DNA of 64,000 bases from the NCBI GenBank assembly GCA_046563655.1, contig CM102290.1, positions 4,464,001-4,528,000 of the forward strand. Reading direction: 5' to 3'. Source of the stretch: Yuukianura sp. NJ FZ-2021. Taxonomy: Eukaryota. A program made the translations under genes and the position numbers. Positions 38,701 through 51,022 of this stretch are shown piece by piece. The notes beneath the pieces are model-generated. The model saw only the letters and a program-made list of their open reading frames with translations. It had not been told where the DNA came from and did not search any database. The first letter of the stretch is position 1; every line of letters starts with the position of its first letter.

Positions 38701-41700
38701 TCAAGACGTTTGTTGTTTAATGAACTCCGCTTTCTCTACCGAAGGAAAGTAAGAGGCTATACAAAAGAGACAGACGCGTAGAACATTTCGTGGAAATGAA
38801 AACGAGGTCATCAACTAAATTCTTGCAATGCAATGGGTGTATGCTGGGGTCTCTGGGTTCGAAGTGGAGTGACAGCAGAAGTGGAAGCGTTGCCCTTGGA
38901 AACAAATTCCAATCTAAACTCAATTTCATCTTGCACTACGAAACTACGTCGAATTGGAAACTTTAGCTGGTCTTGCATTGTAGTATATCTAACAAATTGA
39001 CAAAACAAAATGACTTCGAAAAAACTCCGAACGCCTCCGTCCGTGTATGTTTCGAAACCCGTCTCACAATAAAAAAAACAAACCTATTGTGAGATTGAAC
39101 TTGTAACTTAAAAAGTCAGATTAAACTTAAGATAGTACGTTAGAAAGTATAAGCTAAACCTAACCTGTCAGCGTCAGGGTATGTTGATGAATTTATGTAG
39201 ACATTCTAACATTGAAACGTTTAATGAAAAAGGATGATGAAAATGGCAGTCGTAAAAGCCCCGACCCAACTATCAAAAAAATCTTCGAAAACGATTACTG
39301 GGGTCTAAAATGAGAAAGTTGATAAACGCGCAAAAGAAATAGACTGAGCAGGAAGATCTAAAACCGTAGAGAAAATAAAGTGTTTTGAAGAATAGGGTCA
39401 TAAGCACAGTAAAATTATGGAAATCCCACTAATAATATACACATTGTGGTAAGTTTGGCAAAGGATCCGAAGGAGACTGTTTGGCTCAAGTGGAGAAAGT
39501 AAATAAACTTGAGGTTTTCAACAAAAATATCCTCTTGAGAAACTTATGTGAAAAATCAAAAGCTTGTGTATGTTTGAATCTCTCTCTATCAGAAAATTTG
39601 TAAAGAGAATTAAGAAATTTTGGAATAATGTTTATGTCATAAAAGAATTAAAAAAAAACCAAGTTTTTCAAGAAAAAATTAGGAATTAACGTTTGATTGA
39701 AGTAAAATTATAATTCAACAACCGTTCTACAGAAGAAATTGAGGAAAAAAGTACTTTTCCAAAGTCTCTTCAGGCCTAATTTGATGTAACCAGGATACAA
39801 CTCTTTACTGCCGATTCGGTTAGGTTAAGTAAAGAAACTTCCAAAATTGAAATATGGATGACAAACGAGGCATTCAATTTAAAAAAATAGCAACATCAAA
39901 GTAAATTTGTAGAAAAAATCAGAGGAAATCGGCGTACTTGCGAGGCTCTTGTAGTTTTTACTGATTTGATCTAAATGGAGTAATTGGATTCTCATCATCA
40001 TAGAAGAATCGGCTTTATAACAAAGCGTCAGGGTAGCTCGATTCCCAAATAGTTTATGCCCAGCAACTTGGGCGGACAATTTGAAATCGAATTACATAAA
40101 AAAAACATGGGCGGTTTATGCAGTGACCACGAATGAACCTTGACCTTTGCTTTGACCAAGCGCATCTACGTTAGCGAATTTTATAGTTTGAAAATTAACG
40201 TTAACAAAAGGATTTATTCTAATCATTTCTGAACAGTTTCGAAACGATTTTGAAATTCAGGTTTTAAATGTTCAAAATCTTGTTTCGGTAGTGTTTACAT
40301 TTTCCTCCTTGTCAAAGTCATTTTTGAAACACAAAATGTAGAATGTTTAGACACTCACCTGTTACTGATGTTCTGCTTACGTAATTGGTCCAAGGGAACT
40401 GCAATTACTGTGACGCGTTCGTTAGAGGAAAAACAACGCTAATTCTTCTATAATAACCAGTCATTTCCGCTTGTTTAAAACCCGTACAATGTCATTTGCT
40501 CACGTCAAACTTTGTCTAATGAACTAAACTCTAGACTTGTACCAGCACAGCCGCTAAAGTTATTTCGTATCTTCCCACTTTCACAGCAGCAAACTTTCAC
40601 TTTCCAAGGACACCTTCACACTATTGTCCCAACATGCCTTCGTGTCAGCCCTAGTAATTAGATTTCCGTGGACACGGTTGGTCACGGCGGCAAGTCAGCA
40701 ATCACGCTTAAAATCACTAAAAATAGGACTATAATGCGAATTTAGCCGCAAAGACCTGAGTCACGTGGTTGTTACAAGGAATGGACTGTTTTCCGGTTCC
40801 AGATATTTCTTACCGGCAGTTTCAGATGCAAAACAATACGGACATTCCCTAAAGGTTGTAGCTGACAAAGTGTGTTAGTCTAATGGAAGCTAGACGCCGA
40901 GTGAAGTGAAAGTGCAAGTTCCACGACAGCCTTCCTCGCAGATCAGACGTTGCGTCTCAAACATTCTCCCCATTTCGCTTTTTTTAGCATTTGGCATACG
41001 GGGCAGCAAGGTGTGCACGCTAACTTTGTACAAGTAACTAGCAAAAGTCGTTAGTTTACCACCCTCTGCACCCATCTACTCGTCGAATACTGCCAGTACT
41101 AATAGTACTTTACATGGGTCATAACTCCTAAGTTGTACTATGCCAGCCTTCTTGTGCCAGTCACTCACCTAGATATCCTCCTTAACATTTTAGACAAATA
41201 TGGCTCTTGAAAGCCAACTTTACTAAGCTTTCTTTTTAAGTAAGCAGTGCCTATGTACTCGTCCCAGTATATCAAGCTTCAAACAATATCAATAAGGTAC
41301 TGGTACGCACCAACTGGGACTGGGCGGCAGCATATGCTCAACGCTTTTCAATTTTCAATTTCCAGCAGACGCTTGAGGAAACAGAATTTGGTCCAAAGTG
41401 TTTAGACCTCGCTAGTTCCACATACCAGCAGTGCACACTTTGTTTACAACTGTGGAGGTTCCAATCTGTTAAACTTATTGGCCTCTGGAACTGGGAAGGA
41501 AACCGGAAGCGATCATGTTCACTAATGTCAATAAGCAACCAAACACATATCATTCAAAGGTCAAAGTCAAAGAAACAGTTCCGACAACTAAATGTTTTCG
41601 TAAAACAAAAACAGCAACAAATGTGTTTCTGGAATTCTAATAAATCTATTCGAAAATACTCTCAACACGCTTTCCCCAAAACTCATTGAAATCTGCCAAC

Positions 41701-42913
41701 TATTTTTGCCTGAAACTAAAAACCAGACTAAAGATCGTTTCTCAAAAACCGAACAAGTTTTAGTGTAATTTCCTCACTCAATTTAGCTGCTGCTACCGCT
41801 GCTCACAATGCCCCTATTGTTTTGCGTAAAAGATGAAACCGGTACATTATAAGCTGAAAACAAGTTTGGCAGAGCAGTCCTTGTTGGTTTAAGCGACTAA
41901 TCAGATTAAAAAGAAAGCTTTTTTCTTTGGCGCTTTGGTGAGGCGGGTATTTTGGCAGGGTGAGGAACCTTATTTCCGATATGAAGAGAAAGGTGTCTTG
42001 AGATTAGTTAACTTTTCCAATACCTTTGTGGATACAAAGTGACTGTGACACTTTCTCTCCGTTGAGAACTACGCTAAGCATTTGGGGGAAGTTTTGAGGA
42101 ACCTTTGGCGTGACTAGAGAGCGCTGTCTTGACACTTTCCTTCCGTCCTGGTCGCTCTGACTTTCACTTCCTTACACTCTTTTAGTTTTCTATGAGTCAG
42201 GAAAAGAAAGCAGAGTAACCAGAGGCTGGTGGGTCTAATTAGTTGTGATTCAAGATGTCGAATCTAATTAGAAGTAGGGCAGAAGAAACTTCCTTTGCTT
42301 TCTTGCAACGATGAGTAAGTTGACTCTGGAAGAACAATGAGAAATTTTAATAATCATCAACATAAAATCAACAGAGGCATAATACCTCTAGGGACTTTGA
42401 AATCCGCCTCATCTCCTAAGGGAAATTTACTAAAATGAACAAGACTTTTTCCGCAACTGACGAGAGAGTTTTGCCTCAAGTATTCCGTGTCGCGTCAGTA
42501 ACATTTTTTGGCGTTTCTAAAAATATCCTGGTTATTCTTTTGGTATTAGATATGATAAGACCACTGCTGGACATAAGAAAGACAATGCTGTTTTGTTCTA
42601 AAAATGACGCAAAAATATTGAACGGAAAATTACCCGACTCCAGAGGCATTTTTCAATAGGGTTTACTCCAACCAAAGTGGAATTTTACTAACAGTACCAA
42701 AATGACTACAAAGCTTGTAAACGCTAAGTAAAAATGTGAAAATTTCCGTATTATCTGCCAATGCCCGTCAATTGTTACTCAAGGGTTTATCTCTATTCAG
42801 TCAATTTCAGTCATCTTCTAAAAATTCAATTTTCAACTATCTGGCTGAAAGTTCTTGAGATAAAGTAAGATTTTAATCAAAATTGGAACTTATCCAGGAT
42901 AATAGAAAGTCTA

Positions 42914-44271
42914 TCATTCGTAGTATCCCATGCTTCGCCCATCTTCATAGGCTCTCTCCATGTGATCGGACCGTCTTCTGATTCTTCGACCAAACGGTTC
43001 CAAATCGTTGTAACATTTATCGAAAACAGCCGCTACGGCATTCCATGCCTCTTCCTGTGAGATATCTCGCACTGCCATCACTGACTTGAGCGCTCTGAGT
43101 TTTACGCAGTTCTAAAATACATGAAACAACTTCGTTGAATATGTTTGTTTCATCATCGTGAAAGATCAAGCATCTATATTATAAATTCTGTAATAACTTG
43201 CCTGGTGATACTCCTTAATTTGGAACACAGACGCTGACCCCTCTATAAATGCACTAAGAAAGCTACAGTGGACTAAATTGGCAGCACGTACTTCGGTACA
43301 GGCTAAATGTTTTAGATCATTTAAATCCATCTCATGACGGCAGTAGTCGAACATGTGAATCAATTCGTGTGCTAAAACACCTTGAACCATACTTGCGTTT
43401 CGGGCAGTATTTTGACAGACGACGACCTAATAGAAATTCGGATTAATTTTTAAATGTTTACCAGCCTATATAAAAACGCAACTTTGTTGAGTACGAACAT
43501 ACTTGATTCACAGTAGGATCGTAGCCGCCGGTAACAGAAGCATCGCATGCTTCACAGGAAATATGACGACGAATGTCTACGGGACTACAAAGTAAAGTTT
43601 GTAACTTATTATTCAGGTTCACGATATTAATAAACAACAGAGGAAACCGAGAACAAGTAGCATGAGCTAGGATATGCTGTACAAATTAATGAACATTAAA
43701 TTGTTTGCTACGTCCAAGTCTCCAGGGTCGATTCATTGTCGCAACTGTCAGTCACTAAGAAATCATTGTTGTGCGTGACACACCCCTTCAGAGAGGTGCG
43801 ACGATGGAGTGAAAGACAATACAGCGACAAATACAACCTTGTGGCTTTGCTCGGTTAGGAGAAACTTCAAATTTTCGGTTTCATCTTGTTATTTGAGACG
43901 CTTTTGAATTGGAGAATTGGACTTACCATCCAGACGCTTTTAAGGCACCCATCAGAAGCTTGATAATTGGAGCTAGAAAATGAAATAGATATAAATCGCA
44001 CATAGGGATTACGATTAGACAATCAGTTAGATTTAGAATCAGTTAGGTTAGATTTACAATTAGTCTTACCATTTACAACTGCTTTGTATACATTTCTTTC
44101 GCATTTTATTTTATCAATGCCTGATCTTCCTTCTCCCAAGAAAAGATATGAAAACCAACTCGGTTTGAATGGCTCTCCACCTCGTTCAGGATAAAGCTTC
44201 CGGCTTTTCTCGCTGGAAACACCGCTGTTGCTCTCCTCAGCGCTTTCAGTGCTTGCTTTGGTAGCAGACAT
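42914..44271 (-). CDS. ATP23: Mitochondrial inner membrane protease ATP23 (XRCC6BP1/KUB3)
   Basis: Exons 44271-44070, 43972-43927, 43584-43503, 43426-43202, 43111-42914. Motifs [23 protein letters not shown] (HExxH), [12 protein letters not shown] and [10 protein letters not shown]. Confidence 0.93.
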
Positions 44272-45483
44272 TACTCCAGGTCAACCCGCGGAGGCAGCAG
44301 GGACCTATCCCTTTGGCGAGTAAGTACAGTGCTCAATTTAAACTTGAATCCAATAAGCACTGTCACTGTTCTAACTCATACTCAACTAACTTTAACTGTA
44401 ATTAAGTACTGCTAAATTACCGATCAGTGAGTAGTAAAACACTAAAAATTTTTCCACGTTTTCATGTGTGCCGGAAAGAAACAAAACAATACAAATCTTG
44501 ATTGAAAAGACTCAAAGATTCAAAACACTGCAACTCGTCAGCTTGCAGGGTCGGGCATTTATTTTTACATAAATACTTGACGACAGCATTAACCGTCAAT
44601 CTACAAATATGTAATTCATCTAAACCTAAACCGCTTAAAGTTAGCTAATTAACCAAGCTGATTAACTCACATTATAGACAAAAACTCAATTCATTTACCG
44701 TTCTTACTACCGCCCAGTTCCGATATGGTCTAAATGAGTTGAATTATACCGAAAAGTGTCTCATTGTTGAGTTTAAAAAAAACCTTTCGCGCCGTTTTTT
44801 TTTTCAAATGAACGAGACGCTATACTCTGTAATAATTCTCTCCTTGTCTGCCTACTATAAAACGTTTAATAAAAGTCGAAAACGGCAAAAAGAAAATAAT
44901 GTCAAAGGTTATACATAGAATTACGTTGGTCAAAACGTTTACATTTAAATTGTTTAAGAAGCCATGAATAACCATGAATGATTAAATCAGCTAATTCAAA
45001 GTACACTTAATTTTTTAAATTTGACATCCCCGGTCTGCTGGGAAAGGGTCTCATTGTTACTGGATGGATAAAAAAAATATTTTTTCTACCCGCGCATCAA
45101 ATTAAGTGGAAGTATCCATTTGTATCCATTCTTTCCACCCATTTCTTACGAAATGGTTACGAAAAAACGAATGAAATATATTATCTACTGGACGAAACGT
45201 CAACAAAGTGGGTATTCATCAACCCAAAAGGGTGGATGAGTATGACGTTGTAAAATTTTAGCCAGTGTAACTGCTGGATGTATAAAAGGTTTCTTCCACT
45301 CTCCTCGAAAGTGCTTGATATATCCGGATTTTATTGGTTTCTTCCGGATGAAATTCAATTTCATCCATAGGAAACTGGATTTTAGCCGGATTTATCCATT
45401 GCCCTGGATATCACCTGGATGAAATGCTAAAAAAAGTGGATATACAGCAACACTGCTTTTAGCGTCACTCTACTATCTGATCA

Positions 45484-45496
45484 AGGTCATTGAACT
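45484..45496. promoter_or_regulatory. EcRE-consensus IR1 (AGGTCA-T-TGAACT) in the divergent ATP23/helicase promoter region
   Basis: Matches RG(G/T)TCANTGA(C/A)CY and lies ~340 bp upstream of the helicase ATG. Confidence 0.35.
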
Positions 45497-45837
45497 GTGC
45501 ATTGATTGGCTGTCGGCTCGCGTCCTTGTGCGTGTATGCTCCCGCTGCCAAGGACACTTCATAAGAATTTGAACAAAGAGTTCTCCCTTTCAGAGAGTCA
45601 TGCAAATCAAAATCACGCCTCTTTGTCATGGCTGATTTGTATTCAAATCAAAGATACCTCAAGGAATTCAGCAGTCCTTTGTCTGTGTGGTGGCAGTAGT
45701 GTCGACGCAATGCATCAAGACGGTTTTTGTTCTAACAAGGTACAAGAAACTTCAGTTCTTTCCGGACGTCCTGACTTAACCACCGAGCCAAATCTGTTCA
45801 GATTTGAATCGGCGTAGTTTCAGTTAAATAATTCAAG

Positions 45838-48800
45838 ATGGAGGTAGACCGGGGCAGAGCCGAATTGGCCATTGATTGTATCGAGCAGTCTCTCAGCGTT
45901 TTCTTGGGAAATGGAGATGAAAAAGGTATTATTGGTACTGCTTATTGCTTTAGAATATTTTTTAAAGGAATTCGAAATTCAAATTAAAATGTAATGGTAA
46001 TTGTGTGATTCCAGTGACGGCCTTCCCGAATGCCGTTACAGCGTTTGAGCGTGACTACATTTTGACGAGAATATCAAAACTAAATGGAGTTAGCTGGGAA
46101 ATTTGTCGGTATGTTAATACAAATAAAATGTTTTAAAAAGTTGAGATTTCGTCACTTTGTTTGAGACTTAGAGACAGGTACACTAATTGTATTGTCTGGA
46201 AACTGGAAAGTAACGGGATAAGAAATCTCGCGGGAATTGCTATTTTTCGGCTCAGGCTGCTTCGAATCAAGTCCAGGAAAGTCTTCCTGGTTCTGCCCCG
46301 CCCTCCGTTACTAACTCTTTGTTTAGCTGATCATGCGTATACCGGGGTTTTTACCGTTGCAAAATCAGAAAGGCCCGTTATAGATACGGCGAACTAAGGC
46401 GAGGTCGCGATCTTAGATTAAAATTCGCCTTCGTTCCTATGTTCCTTTTGTCACTTGCAGTACCTCGTGTTCAATCAACTATAATTAATTTCTGCACTAA
46501 TTAAGCAATTTGCAACAGGAATTTGAGTTTGAACGATGTCTTCTTTGTTTCCTAGTCGAAGGGAGGTTGAGTACATTACTCTGCATAAGGAATCCAAGGA
46601 CAAGGTTCATTTCAGTCTCAGCAACACTTCGCGGCAGAGTTTGGCGTCACTAATGGCGTTAAAACAACGGGAACCTGAAACTTCATACCAACCATTTAGT
46701 TTCTTGCCGAACAAGAGAAAAAATTTCAGTACGGCGCACCTTCAACCTAATGGATATCGGCCACAACAACCTGACCAAGGTATTGTCATTTATCTTTCTA
46801 CGAAGTAATATTAGTAAGTGTTTCACATAAATACTCATAGTAATTGTTGCTTATTAATTTCAGATTTAGAATCAATCAGTAATAACGGGTATGCCAATCG
46901 TCTTCATATAAATTACCCACCATTGGTACCTCCTCCTCGTGCTTCAGATGAGTATGCTACACATCGGCAGAACTTACCAATATGGACTTACAAGGATCAA
47001 ATTTTGGACAGCATTCTAAACAATCGAGTGACAGTCGTGATAGGCAAAACTGGATCTGGGAAAAGTACTCAGGTTAGTTAACTCAAGTGTATCCGATATT
47101 CTTTGCGTTTTGTTTTTCATGGTGGTCTGGGAGTTTAATTGTATTTTTTTTATAGGTTCCGCAGTTTATCATGGACTGGGCAGCGCACAATAAAAAACCA
47201 ACAAAGATAACCTCCTGCCTCCCGGATCGCCTTTCAATCATTGCAGCTACTAGCCGCGTCGCTGCTGAACGTGGTGAGCGAATCGGAGTTTCCGTTGGAT
47301 ATCAAGCCAGGCTGGAAAGTTGCCGTTCCCCTTGCACTTCCATTTTGATTTACACTACAACTGAACTGTTCTTGAGGTCGTTGGTTCCACCAGTTTTTCC
47401 TGTTTTAAGCAATTTGCCTTACATTATACTGGATGACGTTCATGTAAGATTGATTTTAAGGTTTTATTGTGCCTTCTTCGATTCATATTGAGATGACAAT
47501 ACTATTTCCTTTATAGGTACGTAGCGCCTCTTCGGACTGTGTACTTACGTGTCTGCTTACGTTACTACCAATGTTCCAATTTCGTCTGATTCTACTATGT
47601 GGAGAAATGGATGAGGAAGAGTTGGACAAGTATATTCGCAAAAATGGGATCTCAGATTGTCGTTTTATTCACGTCAAAAAGGAAGAACCGGTGCAGAACG
47701 TGGTTCACCATCTACCTGACATCAAATTACTTTTGGCAAAACACCACCACCAGCTCATACAAACTTCCATCGTTCCAGCTACAATGCCCGAACGGCAGAA
47801 GTTTCAGACTCCAATGGACACCCAGTACCGCTGCAAATGCTGCAATTTACCACGAAGTGGCCATCTTGTCAATTCCCTGATTCACAGATATCTTTTTCTG
47901 GAAGATTGCGATGCGGCTGAGGAATTCACGGACTTAGTTCTCCGCCATGAAGTCGACGTGAACGGACAGCACCAAGGTACTGGACTTGACTTTATTGCTG
48001 CAGCGGCAATAAAAGGTGATATTGCCATAGTGCGTCGTTTGTTTCTGATGGGCGCCAACGCTACTCGACATCTGAACAATGGAAACGACGTTATGTCCAT
48101 TCTGCAAGAATTTCGACATCCTGAAGTCCTCAAATTCATGAATTTTATGTTTTGCAACATGCCTTGCCCTGTTCAACGGATGACAAACGTCACTACATCT
48201 GCAAACCTGACGCTGATTCGGAACATTATTCAGGTCATCCATTCTTCTTCTCCTCTAACTGAGGCAATTTTGGTCTACCTTTCAAGCTATGATGAAATTA
48301 TGGCAATGAAGGAGGTACTCTTCAGTGGAAATAACGACCAACTCAATCCACTTACGTTCATGGTGTGTCTTCTTCACGTGAACACTCCCTGTGGCGACGA
48401 GAAAATTGCTTTTGAACCGGCTCCTGACTTAATCCGCAAGATAATTCTGACGACCGATGCTGGGGACTCGTTGTTTATTGACGACGTTGTGCACGTTATC
48501 GATTCTGGTTACATGGAACAGAAGGGGGATCAAAATATCCAAAGTACGGTGACAGGAAACACGAAAGTACTCATCTCTAAAACTGCTGCAGTGGGAAGAA
48601 TGCGTCGAACTACGTATCGCCTTTACGATTTTAAAACTTTCCAGAAGATGCAACCTTTTGCGACTCCGGAAATTCTGTACAATCCTATCCAGGAACTCTG
48701 TCTGTATTCAGCATCTCTTCTCAAGAGTCATAAGGTTGTGGTGGACTTTTTCGGACAATTCCTGACTCCTCCATCGGGTTATTCCGTCAGTAAAGCGTTT

Positions 48801-50578
48801 CAGGAGTTGATTGAGATTGGGGCCATGGATAAGACGCGAAAGGTCAAACAAATTAAACTTTATAGGGAATAAGTAGAAATTATTATTATAAAAGTAGTTT
48901 GTAACAAAGTAAGTGATTTTTGTTTATTCTGCTATGCAGATGACGCCGCTTGGAACCTATCTTCTCGACTTTCCAGTTGAGCCGAGGTTCGGGAAAGCCT
49001 TGATTTATGCCACCATTCTGCGCTGCTTGGATCCTGTTCTTACAATTGTCGCTGCTCTATCTCACCGGTAAGGTCTCGGATTTATTACTTTGTAACAATC
49101 CGGTACGAATTTCTCCTAGCTTTGGCGCACTTACTGTACATGTTTTCTTTTGAATGTAGAGACGTATTTAAGGCTCCTGTTAACACGACTGAGCAAGTTC
49201 GCATTCAAAGGCGGAAGCAAGAGCTGTCAAAGGAGTCGTTCAGTGATCACATGTCAATTCTGCAAGCCTTTTTGGTAATTCGAACGTTTCAGTTGGATGT
49301 TTGAACGATAAAGAAACACAATGGAGCCATTTTCTTTTCCTCAATTAGGAATGGGAGAACGAGTGTGCGTCCGATGGAAATAATGTGTCCTTGAAAACCA
49401 ACAATATTTCGCCTGGAATTTTTGACATGATTTGTGCTATTCGTACTGATCTATTGGGCCAGCTTCGAGCCTTTGGATTCATCCGCTGCAGGGGAGCTGG
49501 AAACATAAAGCACCTCAATACTAACTCCCATAACTGGTCGGTGGTCAAAGGTGCCTTGATAGCTGCTCTGTATCCCAACGTCATGAGGATCAATCAACGG
49601 ACTTGGCGTCTGAGGAATGCGTACGTGGCTAATCTTAAGCTGGTGTCGAAATTTTTATGTCAAACCTAACCATTTTGCTGTTATGAATTACAATACAGCC
49701 ACGTTGATCATGCGCGGTTTCACCCATTGTCAAGTGTGGCACGGGATCCTTTGAACCCGCAACAGCTACCGTCGGTGTGGGCCATCTACGACGATATTCA
49801 GCGCACTCCGGACATGGCTCTTTGTAGAGGTTGCACGCTTGTAAGTACTCTGGCTATGTTTGTGTTCGGAGGCAGTCCGTACAGGAATCCCGAGCTGGGA
49901 GAGGCATGTAAGTATTCAATTTTTATACCGTGACTCACTTGGGAATGCGGAATTTGGACCTTGAATTTTCTGTTCCGTAGGCCTCAGTTTCTGTGTTCGA
50001 CCAGACAACTACCATCGTGGTTACCAAATTAAACTCAACGATACGATTGTTGTTGAAGGACCAAAGTTCGACATCGAGAATGTTCTGAGAATTCGCAAGA
50101 AATTCCAGCATTTGCTCGAGATGCAGCTCAAGAAGCCAGGGACTGTGACAACGCCGGTTAGTGGTTACCTAACTTAACATTATAAATATTAACTAATCGT
50201 TCTTAACATTTCAAAGTTTAAGGTTGTTTTTACAGGCAGATGATAAAGATCTACAAGCGATTACTCTTATATTAACTACGGAGGATCGTGCCGCTGGACT
50301 GGCCCAGATTGATGGAATAGGACAATGGCCTCGTCATGCAGGCGGAAGCCTTCTTTCTGTCCCAAGTCAAGGTGAAGAAGATTGTCTTTTGAAATTATGT
50401 TATCATGCCAAATCAGTTTAAAACGCTGTCATTTTAAAACAATCATGTTATAATTTTAATAAATCTCCAGAGCGGAATACAGTTATACTCCTAAAATTGT
50501 AACAACGTCTACTTTTTCTCGTTTTCAGGTTTCACGCAATCTGTCACGCCTCGCATTGTTGACTCTGATGAAGAATAG
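45838..50578 (+). CDS. YTHDC2/Bgcn-family DExH-box protein (R3H-like, RecA1, ankyrin insert, RecA2, HA2, OB-fold), with degenerate catalytic motifs and no YTH domain
   Basis: Exons ~45838-45925, 46015-46108, (uncertain ~46165-46210), 46519-46779, 46864-47072, 47156-47443, 47517-48842, 48940-49067, 49160-49273, 49348-49620, 49699-49907, 49981-50156, 50236-50371, 50529-50578. Motifs RQNLPIW, GKTGSGKSTQ, SVGYQARLES, ankyrin-like VDVNGQHQGTG...FLMGAN, LLDFPVEPRFGK, GQLRAFGFIRCRGAGNIKHLNTNSHNWSVVKGAL and TTEDRAAGLAQIDGIGQWPR are YTHDC2-like. Confidence 0.88.
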
Positions 50579-51022
50579 TAGGCCTCATCCATTTTTCCAT
50601 TCTCAGAAATCTAAACTTGACTGAAACAGCGTTCAACCCGAAATCAATATTAGTTGGTGTACCAGCAATTCGCTGGCCATTGCTTCTCTACTTATTGCTT
50701 TGGACTTGATCAGTGCTAGATTAATTGTACCTCGTCTTCCAAACCTGTTAATTAAAGTTTAGAATCCTTTGTCAGGTCTATTTTTTTTGTATAACGCTTA
50801 CTCTTACGCGCAGTCGTAGAATGTTCATTTTCCTTAACGTAGAAAGCAGTAGAATGAGCCTGGAGCTTTCACTTTCCCAGTTAAGAACTGTGTTCCTACG
50901 GGAATAGGTTGTTTCATGGACTCTTAAGCGTTCTTATTTTGCTAATGTTTTCTTCGATTAAAACTTATTAAAAAAATTCGGGTATTTTTTAAGAGCCACA
51001 CATCAAAGCAGGTCATACGACC

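Noticed and set aside
38128..38720. Cluster of overlapping ORFs in the large PDE upstream/intronic region
   Set aside because: No recognisable motif in any frame and no consistent exon chain; a nested or non-coding exon cannot be excluded.
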